Positions 51,494 through 60,843 of a stretch of 64,000 bases of DNA are shown here, one piece after another (the stretch's first letter is position 1; every line of letters starts with the position of its first letter). Under the pieces are notes generated by a model. That model saw nothing but the letters and a program-made list of their open reading frames with translations, ran no database searches and was not told the DNA's origin. Origin of the DNA: Anaerohalosphaeraceae bacterium (GTDB taxonomy: Bacteria; Planctomycetota; Phycisphaerae; Sedimentisphaerales; Anaerohalosphaeraceae); NCBI GenBank assembly GCA_963675525.2, contig CAXXSL010000011.1:416001-480000 (forward strand), in the 5' to 3' direction. The position numbers were made by a program, and so were the translations under genes.

Positions 51494-51952
51494 ATGATTT
51501 TAACACAAATACTACAACCCTCTTGTATTAAGGCACCGCTTGCCTGCAAGAATAAAGAAGACGTTATCGAAGAGTTAATCAACTGTTTAGCTGATAACGG
51601 CTTAATTTCAGATCGAGGCGAGGCCTTCGAGGCTGTGATGACTCGTGAGCAAACCCGCAGCACCGGTATCGGCTCCGGTATCGCGATCCCTCACGGAAAA
51701 TGCTCGGCCACCAAGGAACTGGTCATGGCGATCGGCATTGCCTCCGAACCGATCGAATTTGAAAGCATCGACAACAAACCCGTTTCAATTGTTCTTTTGC
51801 TTGTTTCTCCTCCGGACCAGACCGGCCCGCACATTCAGGCGCTGGCACGCATTAGCCGGCTCATGCTGGATGCACAGTTCAAGAGCCAAATGGAGAAAGC
51901 CGCCTCGCCTGAAGAAGTCTATGATCTTGTCAGCTCAAAAGAGACAGAATAA
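51494..51952 (+). CDS. ptsN: PTS IIA-like (nitrogen-regulatory) protein
   Basis: REQTRSTGIGSGIAIPH, HIQALARISR. Confidence 0.88.
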   Translation: MILTQILQPSCIKAPLACKNKEDVIEELINCLADNGLISDRGEAFEAVMTREQTRSTGIGSGIAIPHGKCSATKELVMAIGIASEPIEFESIDNKPVSIVLLLVSPPDQTGPHIQALARISRLMLDAQFKSQMEKAASPEEVYDLVSSKETE

Positions 51953-51955
51953 GTC

Positions 51956-51993
51956 AAAAAGAGAAAGCTGTAATTAAGCTTTCTCTTTTTTTT
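51956..51993. terminator. Bidirectional intrinsic terminator
   Basis: AAAAAGAGAAAGCT-loop-AGCTTTCTCTTTTTTTT between convergent genes. Confidence 0.75.
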
Positions 51994-52013
51994 ATATCTC
52001 TGCAAATCAACGA

Positions 52014-52844
52014 TTATCGGGGTGGTGTCCCGCCCGACAACCATTGCATCAGGCAGTCATAGAATTCCTTGCGTACAGCCTTTTCCAGCCACGGGTAGTG
52101 TCCGCACTGTGACCAGGAGTGGTACTGCAAATGCGGGATATGCTGTATGAGGCTGTCACGAATCATCGGCCCCGGATGCGGGTCCTGATCACCATGCAGC
52201 ATAAGAACTGGTACGCCGATCGATTTAAACGCCGCCGGATAAGTCCCCTCATGTTGCAGCCGCAACATATCCCGCCAGGTTTGTTCATGGCCCAATGCAT
52301 CATAATAAACCACCTCGTCTTCGACATGTTTTAAATGATACGAATCGACCTGCATCATCAGCTTACCTTGCAGTTTCAGGCACTCGTCGGGGTCACTGAT
52401 GTATTCAATGCGTTCCTGCATCCTCTGGAAAACGTGTTGAGTCATACGCTGCCGGCGAATGGCATTCATCCGCTCACGTGAATCGGCATCAAAAGTACCG
52501 CAGCCAATCAAAACGATCGAGGCCGGGCGTTCGGGATGTGCGGCGGCATACGCCATCGCCAGCATCGCCCCCCAGGAATGTCCCACAAGGATCGGTTTTT
52601 CATCCGAACAATAAGCCTCGATCACCCCGCCCAGATCCAAAATATGCCGTGCCACTGTCATGGGTTTAACGGGATCGCCTTTGCGCTGAAAGGGCTCAAT
52701 AACACGAAAATGTTCACCCAGCCTTTTCGCAACCGGCGCCATATAGCCCGGCGCCCCCGGTCCGCCGTGCAAAAGCACCCCTTTGGGCCCGCTGGTTCCG
52801 TACCGGCGTATTTGAATTAAATCGCTTTCCGCATCGCTGTTCAT
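52014..52844 (-). CDS. Alpha/beta hydrolase (proline iminopeptidase-like)
   Basis: LHGGPG, GHSWG nucleophile elbow, HGDQD, CGHYPWLE. Confidence 0.9.
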   Translation of the reverse strand: MNSDAESDLIQIRRYGTSGPKGVLLHGGPGAPGYMAPVAKRLGEHFRVIEPFQRKGDPVKPMTVARHILDLGGVIEAYCSDEKPILVGHSWGAMLAMAYAAAHPERPASIVLIGCGTFDADSRERMNAIRRQRMTQHVFQRMQERIEYISDPDECLKLQGKLMMQVDSYHLKHVEDEVVYYDALGHEQTWRDMLRLQHEGTYPAAFKSIGVPVLMLHGDQDPHPGPMIRDSLIQHIPHLQYHSWSQCGHYPWLEKAVRKEFYDCLMQWLSGGTPPR

Positions 52845-52957
52845 GGCGGGTATTATATCAATCCACAGGCAGTATGGAAGTTTTTTTGTCGTTTCTTTGC
52901 TATGTATGAGATCGGATTGTTTAAGTCCTGTTTTTGAGGCGGCACCCTCAACAACAT

Positions 52958-52992
52958 AAAAAAAGCCCCTGCTGAATAAGCAAGGGCTTTTT
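52958..52992. terminator. Intrinsic terminator
   Basis: A7-GCCCCTGCT..AGCAAGGGC-T5. Confidence 0.65.
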
Positions 52993-53018
52993 GCTGTTAC
53001 ATTGCTGAATAATCATGC

Positions 53019-53663
53019 TTAGAATGAAAATTTCAATTCAAAGCCCGTCATAAACCGGTCATCCCAACCGGTGCTTTTCTTATCTTTCTGATGGAAAAAG
53101 AAAAAGTCCACATCCAGTGTTTCGTTCACATCCCAGACCAAACCGGCATAAATCCGGTTTCGATAATAGCCGAATTCCTCCATGATGTTAATCTCATCGG
53201 CCACATACGGCTGCAGCGGCAGGTCAAACAAATTAACCGGGATATCCACTTTCAGCCGATTGCGATACCGAAACAAGTCCTTTGAATTCTCAAAGTCGCG
53301 AAATTCCAGTCGGTTCCGGTCGGACCACTTCAGGCCAAACATTTTCTTCTTAACCGTCGCTTCAACATACGGACGATTTTCCCGCAGCCAATCATGCGAG
53401 GAATTTTTCTGCTGAACCTGCCGGAAGCCTAAACCAACATCCAGCCAGTCGGCGAATCCTTTATAGGTGAAGAGAACGTCATTTTCCTGCTCAAAATGCT
53501 CGCCATTGCGAAAATGAAATTCGTTGGTAATTTTCATTTTCCAATCATTATTGAGTTTGAAAGAAAAACTGACCTGGCCTCGATACTCCTGATTATCGTC
53601 CGTGGCATAGCACAACGAAGAGATAACCACGAATAGGAGAATACTTATTACATTCTTTCTCAT
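53019..53663 (-). CDS. Outer-membrane beta-barrel protein (DUF2490-like)
   Basis: Signal peptide, ENRPY, RNRLEFR, RYRNRL, C-terminal Phe (ELKFSF). Confidence 0.78.
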   Translation of the reverse strand: MRKNVISILLFVVISSLCYATDDNQEYRGQVSFSFKLNNDWKMKITNEFHFRNGEHFEQENDVLFTYKGFADWLDVGLGFRQVQQKNSSHDWLRENRPYVEATVKKKMFGLKWSDRNRLEFRDFENSKDLFRYRNRLKVDIPVNLFDLPLQPYVADEINIMEEFGYYRNRIYAGLVWDVNETLDVDFFFFHQKDKKSTGWDDRFMTGFELKFSF

Positions 53664-53673
53664 AACATTTCCT

Positions 53674-55230
53674 TTACACAGATATATTTTTTGTTGAGAG
53701 CACCGTTTTCAATACCGAATCGGCTTCGAGAGGAATCATAACAGTAAAGGTCGAACCTCTGCCGATCTCGCTTTCTACGCTTAGCGTTCCCCCCAGCAAT
53801 TCCACCAGTCGCTGGGTAATCGTCAGTCCCAATCCCGTTCCGCCGTATTTACGGGTACTGCTGCCGTCGGCCTGACTAAAAGCATCGAAGATAATGTCCA
53901 TCTCGTCTTTTTCGATTCCAATGCCGGAATCTTCCACTTCAAAGCAGAGATAATCTTTCCCTTCATGCAGTCTTGTCGAAACATTCAGGTATACATGACC
54001 CTGTTCCGTAAATTTGATCGCGTTATTGATCAGATTAATCAGACATTGACGGACTCGTAATCCATCCGTAATCAAATATTCCGGCAGCGGCTGAAATCGA
54101 TGTACTTTAAAATTAATCTGTTTTCGATTTGCAAGCGGACTCAATAAGGAGCTCGTGTAATTGAGAATTTCTTCAAGGGAACATTCTTCATATTCAATTT
54201 CAAATTTTCCCGCCTCAATTTTTGAAATATCTAAAATATCATTAATAATCTGGAGTAAACTCTTGGCAGATACATGGATCGTTGAGAGATATCTCTCTTG
54301 TTCGTCGGTTATTTCATCTTCTTTTAAAATTTCCGTAAAGCCAATGATCGAATTCATCGGGGTACGGATTTCATGACTCATATTGGCTAAAAATTCGCTT
54401 TTGGCAACATTTGCTTTCTCCGCTTCCCTGAGCGATTCCATCAGCGTCCGGTTCGTATTTTTCAACTCTTCTTCGGTCATCTGTATACGGTCCGCCATAG
54501 CATCGATACTGATAGCCAGTTTGCCGAAAACATCCCGAAAAGGAGAATTGATGCGGCAGGAAATATCACCTTCGCGAATGCTGTCGGCCGCAAAAACAAT
54601 CTGTCCCAACTGGTCATTGAGTGCCCGGTTTGTAAGTATCACAACACCCAACAAAAACGAAATCCCTGCAAATAGACTGCTATACATAATCCATCGGGAA
54701 CGGTTCAAATCACTCAGTAAGCTGGCAATTTCATTATCAATCGCTGTTTTTTGAGTACGATAATAATTTTCTGTTTCCGTCTTGGAGCAATTAAGAATTT
54801 CCTTCATTTCTACTAAAGCCTCTTGGGCATAATCCCTTGAAGGATCGTCAAAATAGGTGGCTTCGTATGCATAAAAGAGGGTCCGGCATTGCCGCTCATA
54901 CTTATTCATCGTATCACGAAAATCAGCAAGTTCTTCACTCGCGGAAACTTTCGGACCATTTAATAAGGCTCGAATCCTGTCCAAATGCTCCAAACAAAGA
55001 TTATCTTTTGATTTACTGTAGTAGTATCCAGTAAATTCCGCATGGGCTTGTGTCATATCCTGCGAAATCTCCGCAATAATATCCAATGCAAGAATATGGG
55101 ACTTGAGATTATCTTCAATATTTCCGTATATTTTCTGTATGGAGACATAGGACGTCAGCGCAATTAAAAACAGTGATGTTATAATCATCACAAACGATAT
55201 TCGAAATATTTTTGTAAATGAGTATTTCAT
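53674..55230 (-). CDS. Membrane sensor histidine kinase (periplasmic helical domain, HAMP, HisKA, HATPase)
   Basis: Two TM helices, FLANMSHEIRTPMN, NLINNAIKFT, DSGIG, GGTGLGL; no receiver domain. Confidence 0.92.
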   Translation of the reverse strand: MKYSFTKIFRISFVMIITSLFLIALTSYVSIQKIYGNIEDNLKSHILALDIIAEISQDMTQAHAEFTGYYYSKSKDNLCLEHLDRIRALLNGPKVSASEELADFRDTMNKYERQCRTLFYAYEATYFDDPSRDYAQEALVEMKEILNCSKTETENYYRTQKTAIDNEIASLLSDLNRSRWIMYSSLFAGISFLLGVVILTNRALNDQLGQIVFAADSIREGDISCRINSPFRDVFGKLAISIDAMADRIQMTEEELKNTNRTLMESLREAEKANVAKSEFLANMSHEIRTPMNSIIGFTEILKEDEITDEQERYLSTIHVSAKSLLQIINDILDISKIEAGKFEIEYEECSLEEILNYTSSLLSPLANRKQINFKVHRFQPLPEYLITDGLRVRQCLINLINNAIKFTEQGHVYLNVSTRLHEGKDYLCFEVEDSGIGIEKDEMDIIFDAFSQADGSSTRKYGGTGLGLTITQRLVELLGGTLSVESEIGRGSTFTVMIPLEADSVLKTVLSTKNISV

Positions 55231-55260
55231 ACTTCTGGCGGAAATAATCCCATTAACATT

Positions 55261-56292
55261 CTATTGAATAATCAACGTTAAGGCATCAAATACATTTCCT
55301 GTTTTGTACAGCGGCTGGAACCATTTATCACTCACCTCAGGAATTCCTGCCATCTCATATAAAGAGGCACCGAATACATATGACTGTCCAATGGAAAGAG
55401 CAATATCGTCTTCGTGTCCGGTATTTAATTTCCTCCCGATCTCAATGGTCCATTGCCCATCCGCCCAGCAGCCTTTGCCACGAATATCGGCCCGGCTGCC
55501 TTCCGGCTCTCTCAGGTAATATTTCAGGATAAAATCACCGTGATACTCGAAGAACATTTGCTCCTCGTAGGCACTTTTTCCCGCATCGCCTTTGCGCAAA
55601 AGATACAGTGTCCCATATTTATCGGACTTGACGGGTGTTGTTCCTTCTGCTTGCTCTGTTGTCATTTCCTGGCGTTTATCATCCAGATAGCCGTTGGGGT
55701 TCGTCCGACGAGCCTTCCAAAACCAGATGTCCGCCGTATGCGGTTCAACAAGGTCCGGCGAAAAACTGATCGAGTCTCCGCTCATTTTCCATTTCAATAT
55801 AAACATGTCTTCACGGTCACTGCCCGGTTTGTAAACTTGCTCTTGCTTATCCCAGATCCAGCTTTTATGTGTTTCGGACGGAGCCGCATCCGAATACTGC
55901 ACCAGAAAATAAATCATGTCGTTGGTATGAACACTTCGCAATTCGATCGGACGCTGAGAAGTGAAATCAAGCGTGGTTACCGGCGCCACTGTTTCCCATA
56001 ATGCGTCGTCGGCCACACCATCAATCACCGGTGCTTCTTCTGAAAACGAGCAAATAACATCGATCTCCTGCGGCGAACGCTTAGGAGCGACGTACGCAGT
56101 GTATTCGTTCTCCTGCATCACAGGAGCCTTAATCGATCGGGTTCGCGCCAATTCAACCGTGACAATTGATTCCGGGTTTGTCTGCTCGATAATCGGGGAG
56201 GCATTCGCTGACGCTGGTTTTTTCTTGCATCCTGAAACCAAAACAACCATCAGAGTAACGATTAAAATCGTTTCAAAGTATTTGTTTCGCAT
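55261..56292 (-). CDS. Lipoprotein with ethylbenzene-dehydrogenase gamma-type (heme b, DOMON-like) domain
   Basis: Lipobox VSGC; APVIDG..W, IYFLVQYSD, EDMFILKW, DIWFWKA, WADGQWTIEIGRKLNTG. Confidence 0.7.
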   Translation of the reverse strand: MRNKYFETILIVTLMVVLVSGCKKKPASANASPIIEQTNPESIVTVELARTRSIKAPVMQENEYTAYVAPKRSPQEIDVICSFSEEAPVIDGVADDALWETVAPVTTLDFTSQRPIELRSVHTNDMIYFLVQYSDAAPSETHKSWIWDKQEQVYKPGSDREDMFILKWKMSGDSISFSPDLVEPHTADIWFWKARRTNPNGYLDDKRQEMTTEQAEGTTPVKSDKYGTLYLLRKGDAGKSAYEEQMFFEYHGDFILKYYLREPEGSRADIRGKGCWADGQWTIEIGRKLNTGHEDDIALSIGQSYVFGASLYEMAGIPEVSDKWFQPLYKTGNVFDALTLIIQ

Positions 56293-56551
56293 GGCCCTCT
56301 ACTTTCAAAGGTTACAATTTTTCTGTTTTTGTAGAAACATTCAAAAGAGTTAAACATTATATGTAATTTCGACATAAGAACTGACCCACTTAAAATAATA
56401 GCACCGTTTTGTCTGGAAAACCACGGATTCAATTGTAAATCTATTTAATAAAAAGAGTTATGTTTTCATGTATCTGGGTAGGAATTAAATAATCCAAAAC
56501 AATGAATAGCTATCGGACGTAAAATAAGCGGACGGCTGAACCTGATATTAT

Positions 56552-56584
56552 AAAAGCCCGCAAGGGGAAAACAACCTTGCGGGC
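56552..56584 (-). terminator. Intrinsic terminator after glgP
   Basis: GCCCGCAAGG/CCTTGCGGGC stem, T4 on the minus strand. Confidence 0.65.
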
Positions 56585-56608
56585 CTGACGTTTATCGTGT
56601 GGCTCTTT

Positions 56609-59267
56609 TTAATCCGTTGACTCCCAGAGGATCATACCCGGTTCGTAAGCCTCCACCAAATCCTGATGACGCGGCAGAACCCGCAATGCAAATCCATGGC
56701 GTCCAGAAACCCGGCATGGGATAATTCCTTCAAATACCGCCACCCGATCCACATCCACAGAAACCGTCAACATATTTCATCTCTGCAGCCTGTCCATCTT
56801 CAATCTTTCCGGTTGAATCCACCCTGCCGTGATATATCTGAACAGACACGTCTTCAGGATTCAGACGCCCCAGATGGATTTGCCCTTCAATACGGACTTC
56901 CGAACCGACCTTCAGTTCCGGCTGATCGTTGTCCCAGCCGTCAAAGGCCTCTCCCTCAACATTCTGAATCGCGACATTGCGAATTTCCAGATCGGACCAA
57001 GCCTGACGCGTAACGTTTTTCCACTCAGAAAGGGATTTGACACGTTTCATGTCATCAACCGTCAATTCTTCCCACTTAACGTCAGCGGTATGGTAGAATT
57101 TGCGCGTGTACTCAGCCACCATGCGATTCGTATTGAATCGCGGCGCACACCATTTCACCGTATTTTTCATCCGGCGGATCCAGCGGCGCGGCAGCCGGTC
57201 CTTGGCGCGGCTGAAGTACAAGGGGACAACCTCTTGTTCCAGCAGATTATAAATGGCCTGTGATTCAACCTGATCCTGATAGGACAGGTCATCATATTCC
57301 TCTCCAGCCCCGATGATCCAGCCGCCGTCGGGAATATATCCCTCGCACCACCAGCCGTCCAGCGTACTCATATTCAGAACGCCGTTGATTGCAGCCTTCA
57401 TACCACTGGTCCCGCTGGCTTCCATCGGGCGTCGCGGGTTGTTCATCCAGACATCAACGCCCTGCACCATATACCGGGCAATATCAATATCATAATCCTC
57501 AAGGAAAATCAGCCGGCGGCGGATTTCAGGATTTTCGGCGGCAAAATGCACGAGCTGACGAATAATCTCTTTTCCGGCGGTATCGCGCGGATGAGCTTTG
57601 CCGGCAAAAATGAATTGTACCGGTGTTTCCGTATTATTGAGCAGCTTAATCAACCGTTCGGGGCTCCCGGAGTAAAAGATTGCCGCGTTTATAGGTGGCA
57701 AACCGACGGGCAAAACCGATGGTCAGTGCCTCGGGGTCCAGAACCTCTTCGGCCCAGCTTAATTCCGTATGGAAGGCGCCGCGGCGCTGAAGCTGACGTT
57801 TCAGCCGGGCACGTGCAAAGCCGACCAGTCGCTCCTTGCATCGTTGGTGAATCCGCCATATTTCTTCGTCCGGAACCTGGTCCAGATTGTGCCAGATGGA
57901 CTTATCCACCGCTTCATCGGCCCATCGGGATCCCAGATAACGTTCGAACAGCGAATTCAGTTCCGGACTCAGCCATGTCTTGGCATGAATTCCGTTGGTA
58001 ATGGAATTGATCGGCACTTCACTGACCGGCAGTTCCGGCCACATGCCCGACCAGATCGTCCGTGAAACATCCCCATGCAACTGGCTGACACCATTTCGAT
58101 ACGCACTTGTCCGAAATGGCCAGTACCGGCATTTTGAAGCTCTCACGGTCATCTTTCGGATGAAGACGGCCCAACGCCAGGAATTGCTCGCGATTGATAC
58201 CCAGCTTGCCGAAGTAATGCGAAAAATACTTATCCATCATCTCGACGGGGAATTCATCATTCCCGGCCGCGACGGGCGTATGAACGGTAAAGACATTGCT
58301 GGCTTTACCCATTTCGAAGGCCTCTTCAAAAGCTCAAATTGTAACGGTTTCGCAGTTTGCGAACACGCTCCAGTGCCATGAACGCGGCATGTCCCTCGTT
58401 CATGTGGCAAACCGTCGGCTCAAGGTCCATCGCAAACAACGCTTTGAGACCACCGATCCCCAAAACGATTTCCTGGCAGATCCGCATCTCTGCTTCACCG
58501 CCGTACAGTGTCTGGGTGATCGTACGGTCAAATAGTGAATTCGCAGGGATATTGGTGTCGAGCAAATATAACACCGTACGTCCAACCTGAACCTTCCAAA
58601 TCTGGATCTGAACCGTTCTGTCCGGGAACTGAACGCTAATCGTCAGCGGATGACCGTTTTCCTTACGCACTAATTCCAGCGGCATATTGTGGAAATCATT
58701 TTCCAGGTAGTGTTCCTGCTGCCAGCCATCCGTGTTGAGATACTGGCGGAAATAGCCGTTTTGATACAGCAAGCCAACACCCACCAGCGGAATCCCCAGA
58801 TCCGAAGCGCTCTTGAGGTGATCACCGGCAAGAATTCCCAACCCGCCCGAATAAATCGGCAGTGATTCGTGGATTCCAAATTCCGCGCTGAAATAAGCGA
58901 TCCGGGTTTGCTGCCCTTCACGGGCATAGATCTTGTTATACCAGGAAGGAGAACTCAGCGTCTCTTCAAGTTTTTCACGGGCCTGCTTAAGCTGATAAAC
59001 AAAGCCCTCGTTTCGGGCCAGGTCCTCCAGGCGAGCCTGAGAAACCATGCCCAGCATTTTCACGGGATTATGTGAACACTGCTTCCAGAGATCATAATCA
59101 ATGCGGCGAAAGATTTCCGCGATCTCATCGTGCCATGACCAATACAAATTGTTTGCTACTATCCGTAAATCCCCCAGTGCCTCGGGCAATGAGGGCTTTA
59201 CCGTAAAGGTACGAACGGTCTTCATATGTGATTTGTCCTTGCTTGCTGTCTTCGTTTTTAAAGCCAT
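56609..59267 (-). CDS. glgP: Alpha-glucan (glycogen) phosphorylase, split by four +1 frameshifts
   Basis: AYFSAEFG, YSGGLGILAGD, NEGH, FTVHTP, NGVS, ITNGIH, GFARRFATYKR, EASGTSGMK across consecutive frames; corrected stop at 56609. Confidence 0.93.
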
Positions 59268-59522
59268 CGATTTTTATCCTCCGTAATTGTACGGGCACTG
59301 GTTGTCAATACAGTCTCTTCTGACACAATATTCCATCTGTCAGTTCTTCGACCTATGCAGTCATCATCTTAACAGAAAAAGTAAAAGGAGTCCTTTCTGC
59401 GTTCAAGGGGCCTTTTTATCGCCCCTGAACATATTCTGTAATTTGAAAGCCCTATAATCTTTATCTTTCAATCCTTAACGAGCAATCTGAAATAAAATCC
59501 GGGAAAAATGGGGGCTTCAAAC

Positions 59523-60491
59523 TCATCGGCGTGTTCCTCCCGAGGAATTGTCAACCGCGTCTAACAGACGGTCCTCATCGGCATCAGAGGGTATGGACAT
59601 CAGGTCTTCTACCGAATAGGCCTGCACCCGGGACTTCTGAAGCAGCCCGCTTCGAGTCCCAACCGTGATCACCTGTCCTTCAACGGCTAATATCAGTTTC
59701 GTTTGGGCTCTCGATGATAAACTATGCAGAATGACCTCAAGAGCCTTACGAAGTTTCATTCTTCCGAATCCGCCAACGCCGACCGGCATATCTTTTTGCA
59801 GCATGGCATTGGCCATGAGGTCATTCCAGAGAATCACAAACGGCAGCCGCGGCCGAACGGAATCGGCGAGAATATCCAGCGCCTCCTCAACCGTGGTATC
59901 TTCATTGATAGCCGAAACATCCACGACTGTTTCCAATAAACTTTGCAGAGTCACAACCTGCCTTCGTCTTGGCGGCACCGGCGATTGGCTGGAGGTTGGC
60001 TTTGTATATCGGAATGCCGGTCTCCGTGCTGATCGTTCAGGAGCCTTAGTGGGCAGCGGTTTTTCCTGTATTTGACTGATTGGCAATGCAATCTTTTGCC
60101 GAATCAATTCGCCGCTTAAGTCGCGGGTATCAACGTTGACATCCGCGACCAGCCGAAAGTAATTTCGGAACTGAACATTCTCAAGTGTCAGGTGATCGGC
60201 ATTTTTCAGCCGCTCGGACAAATATTCCGTCGCGTCACCTTTGGATATCTGAGGATTCAAGGTGACATTTCGAATCTGAACTTTGAACCTGGCGTGTTTG
60301 GAGTAAGCGTAATCCTTTAAACGGCATTCGAATTGCGAAAATGAAGTAATCTTCAGTACCTCGGAAACTTCATAAGAGGTTTCTGAAGAGAAAGCGTCCG
60401 TGCAGAAAAAAAACACCACCACCCCCGCCGCCAATAAAACTCGGCGCACCGCCCGTTTGCCAATCATGTCTAATATTTGCTCAAACATCAT
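59523..60491 (-). CDS. Exported hypothetical protein (nuclease-like OB domain plus secretin-N-like domain)
   Basis: 322-aa ORF with N-terminal hydrophobic signal; domain calls by resemblance only. Confidence 0.65.
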   Translation of the reverse strand: MMFEQILDMIGKRAVRRVLLAAGVVVFFFCTDAFSSETSYEVSEVLKITSFSQFECRLKDYAYSKHARFKVQIRNVTLNPQISKGDATEYLSERLKNADHLTLENVQFRNYFRLVADVNVDTRDLSGELIRQKIALPISQIQEKPLPTKAPERSARRPAFRYTKPTSSQSPVPPRRRQVVTLQSLLETVVDVSAINEDTTVEEALDILADSVRPRLPFVILWNDLMANAMLQKDMPVGVGGFGRMKLRKALEVILHSLSSRAQTKLILAVEGQVITVGTRSGLLQKSRVQAYSVEDLMSIPSDADEDRLLDAVDNSSGGTRR

Positions 60492-60843
60492 GTTTGATTA
60501 TCACCTAAATAGTCCTGCTTTCCAAAAATCACTGCTCTAATTCTACGGATGAAACACAAATGTGGAACAAAAAAATGTCTCGATTTTCGGCTTTCTGTTA
60601 TTCCCCAGCCGACAATTTTGACCCAGAACGGCCTTATGAAATCACGGTTTCTCTACATTCAGAAAAAGTTCTCGGCCCCAATTTCAGGGTTTTTCTTGTC
60701 CACAAAAACACTAAAAACACGAAATCCTTTATTTTAAGCACTTTTTTCTACATGACTACTTGCGATTGGGTCCGGATTTTAGTAAACTCTGGGCTTTTCT
60801 GAAGACGCGGCGAAATGGATAACATAATTGGAGGTTAATCATT

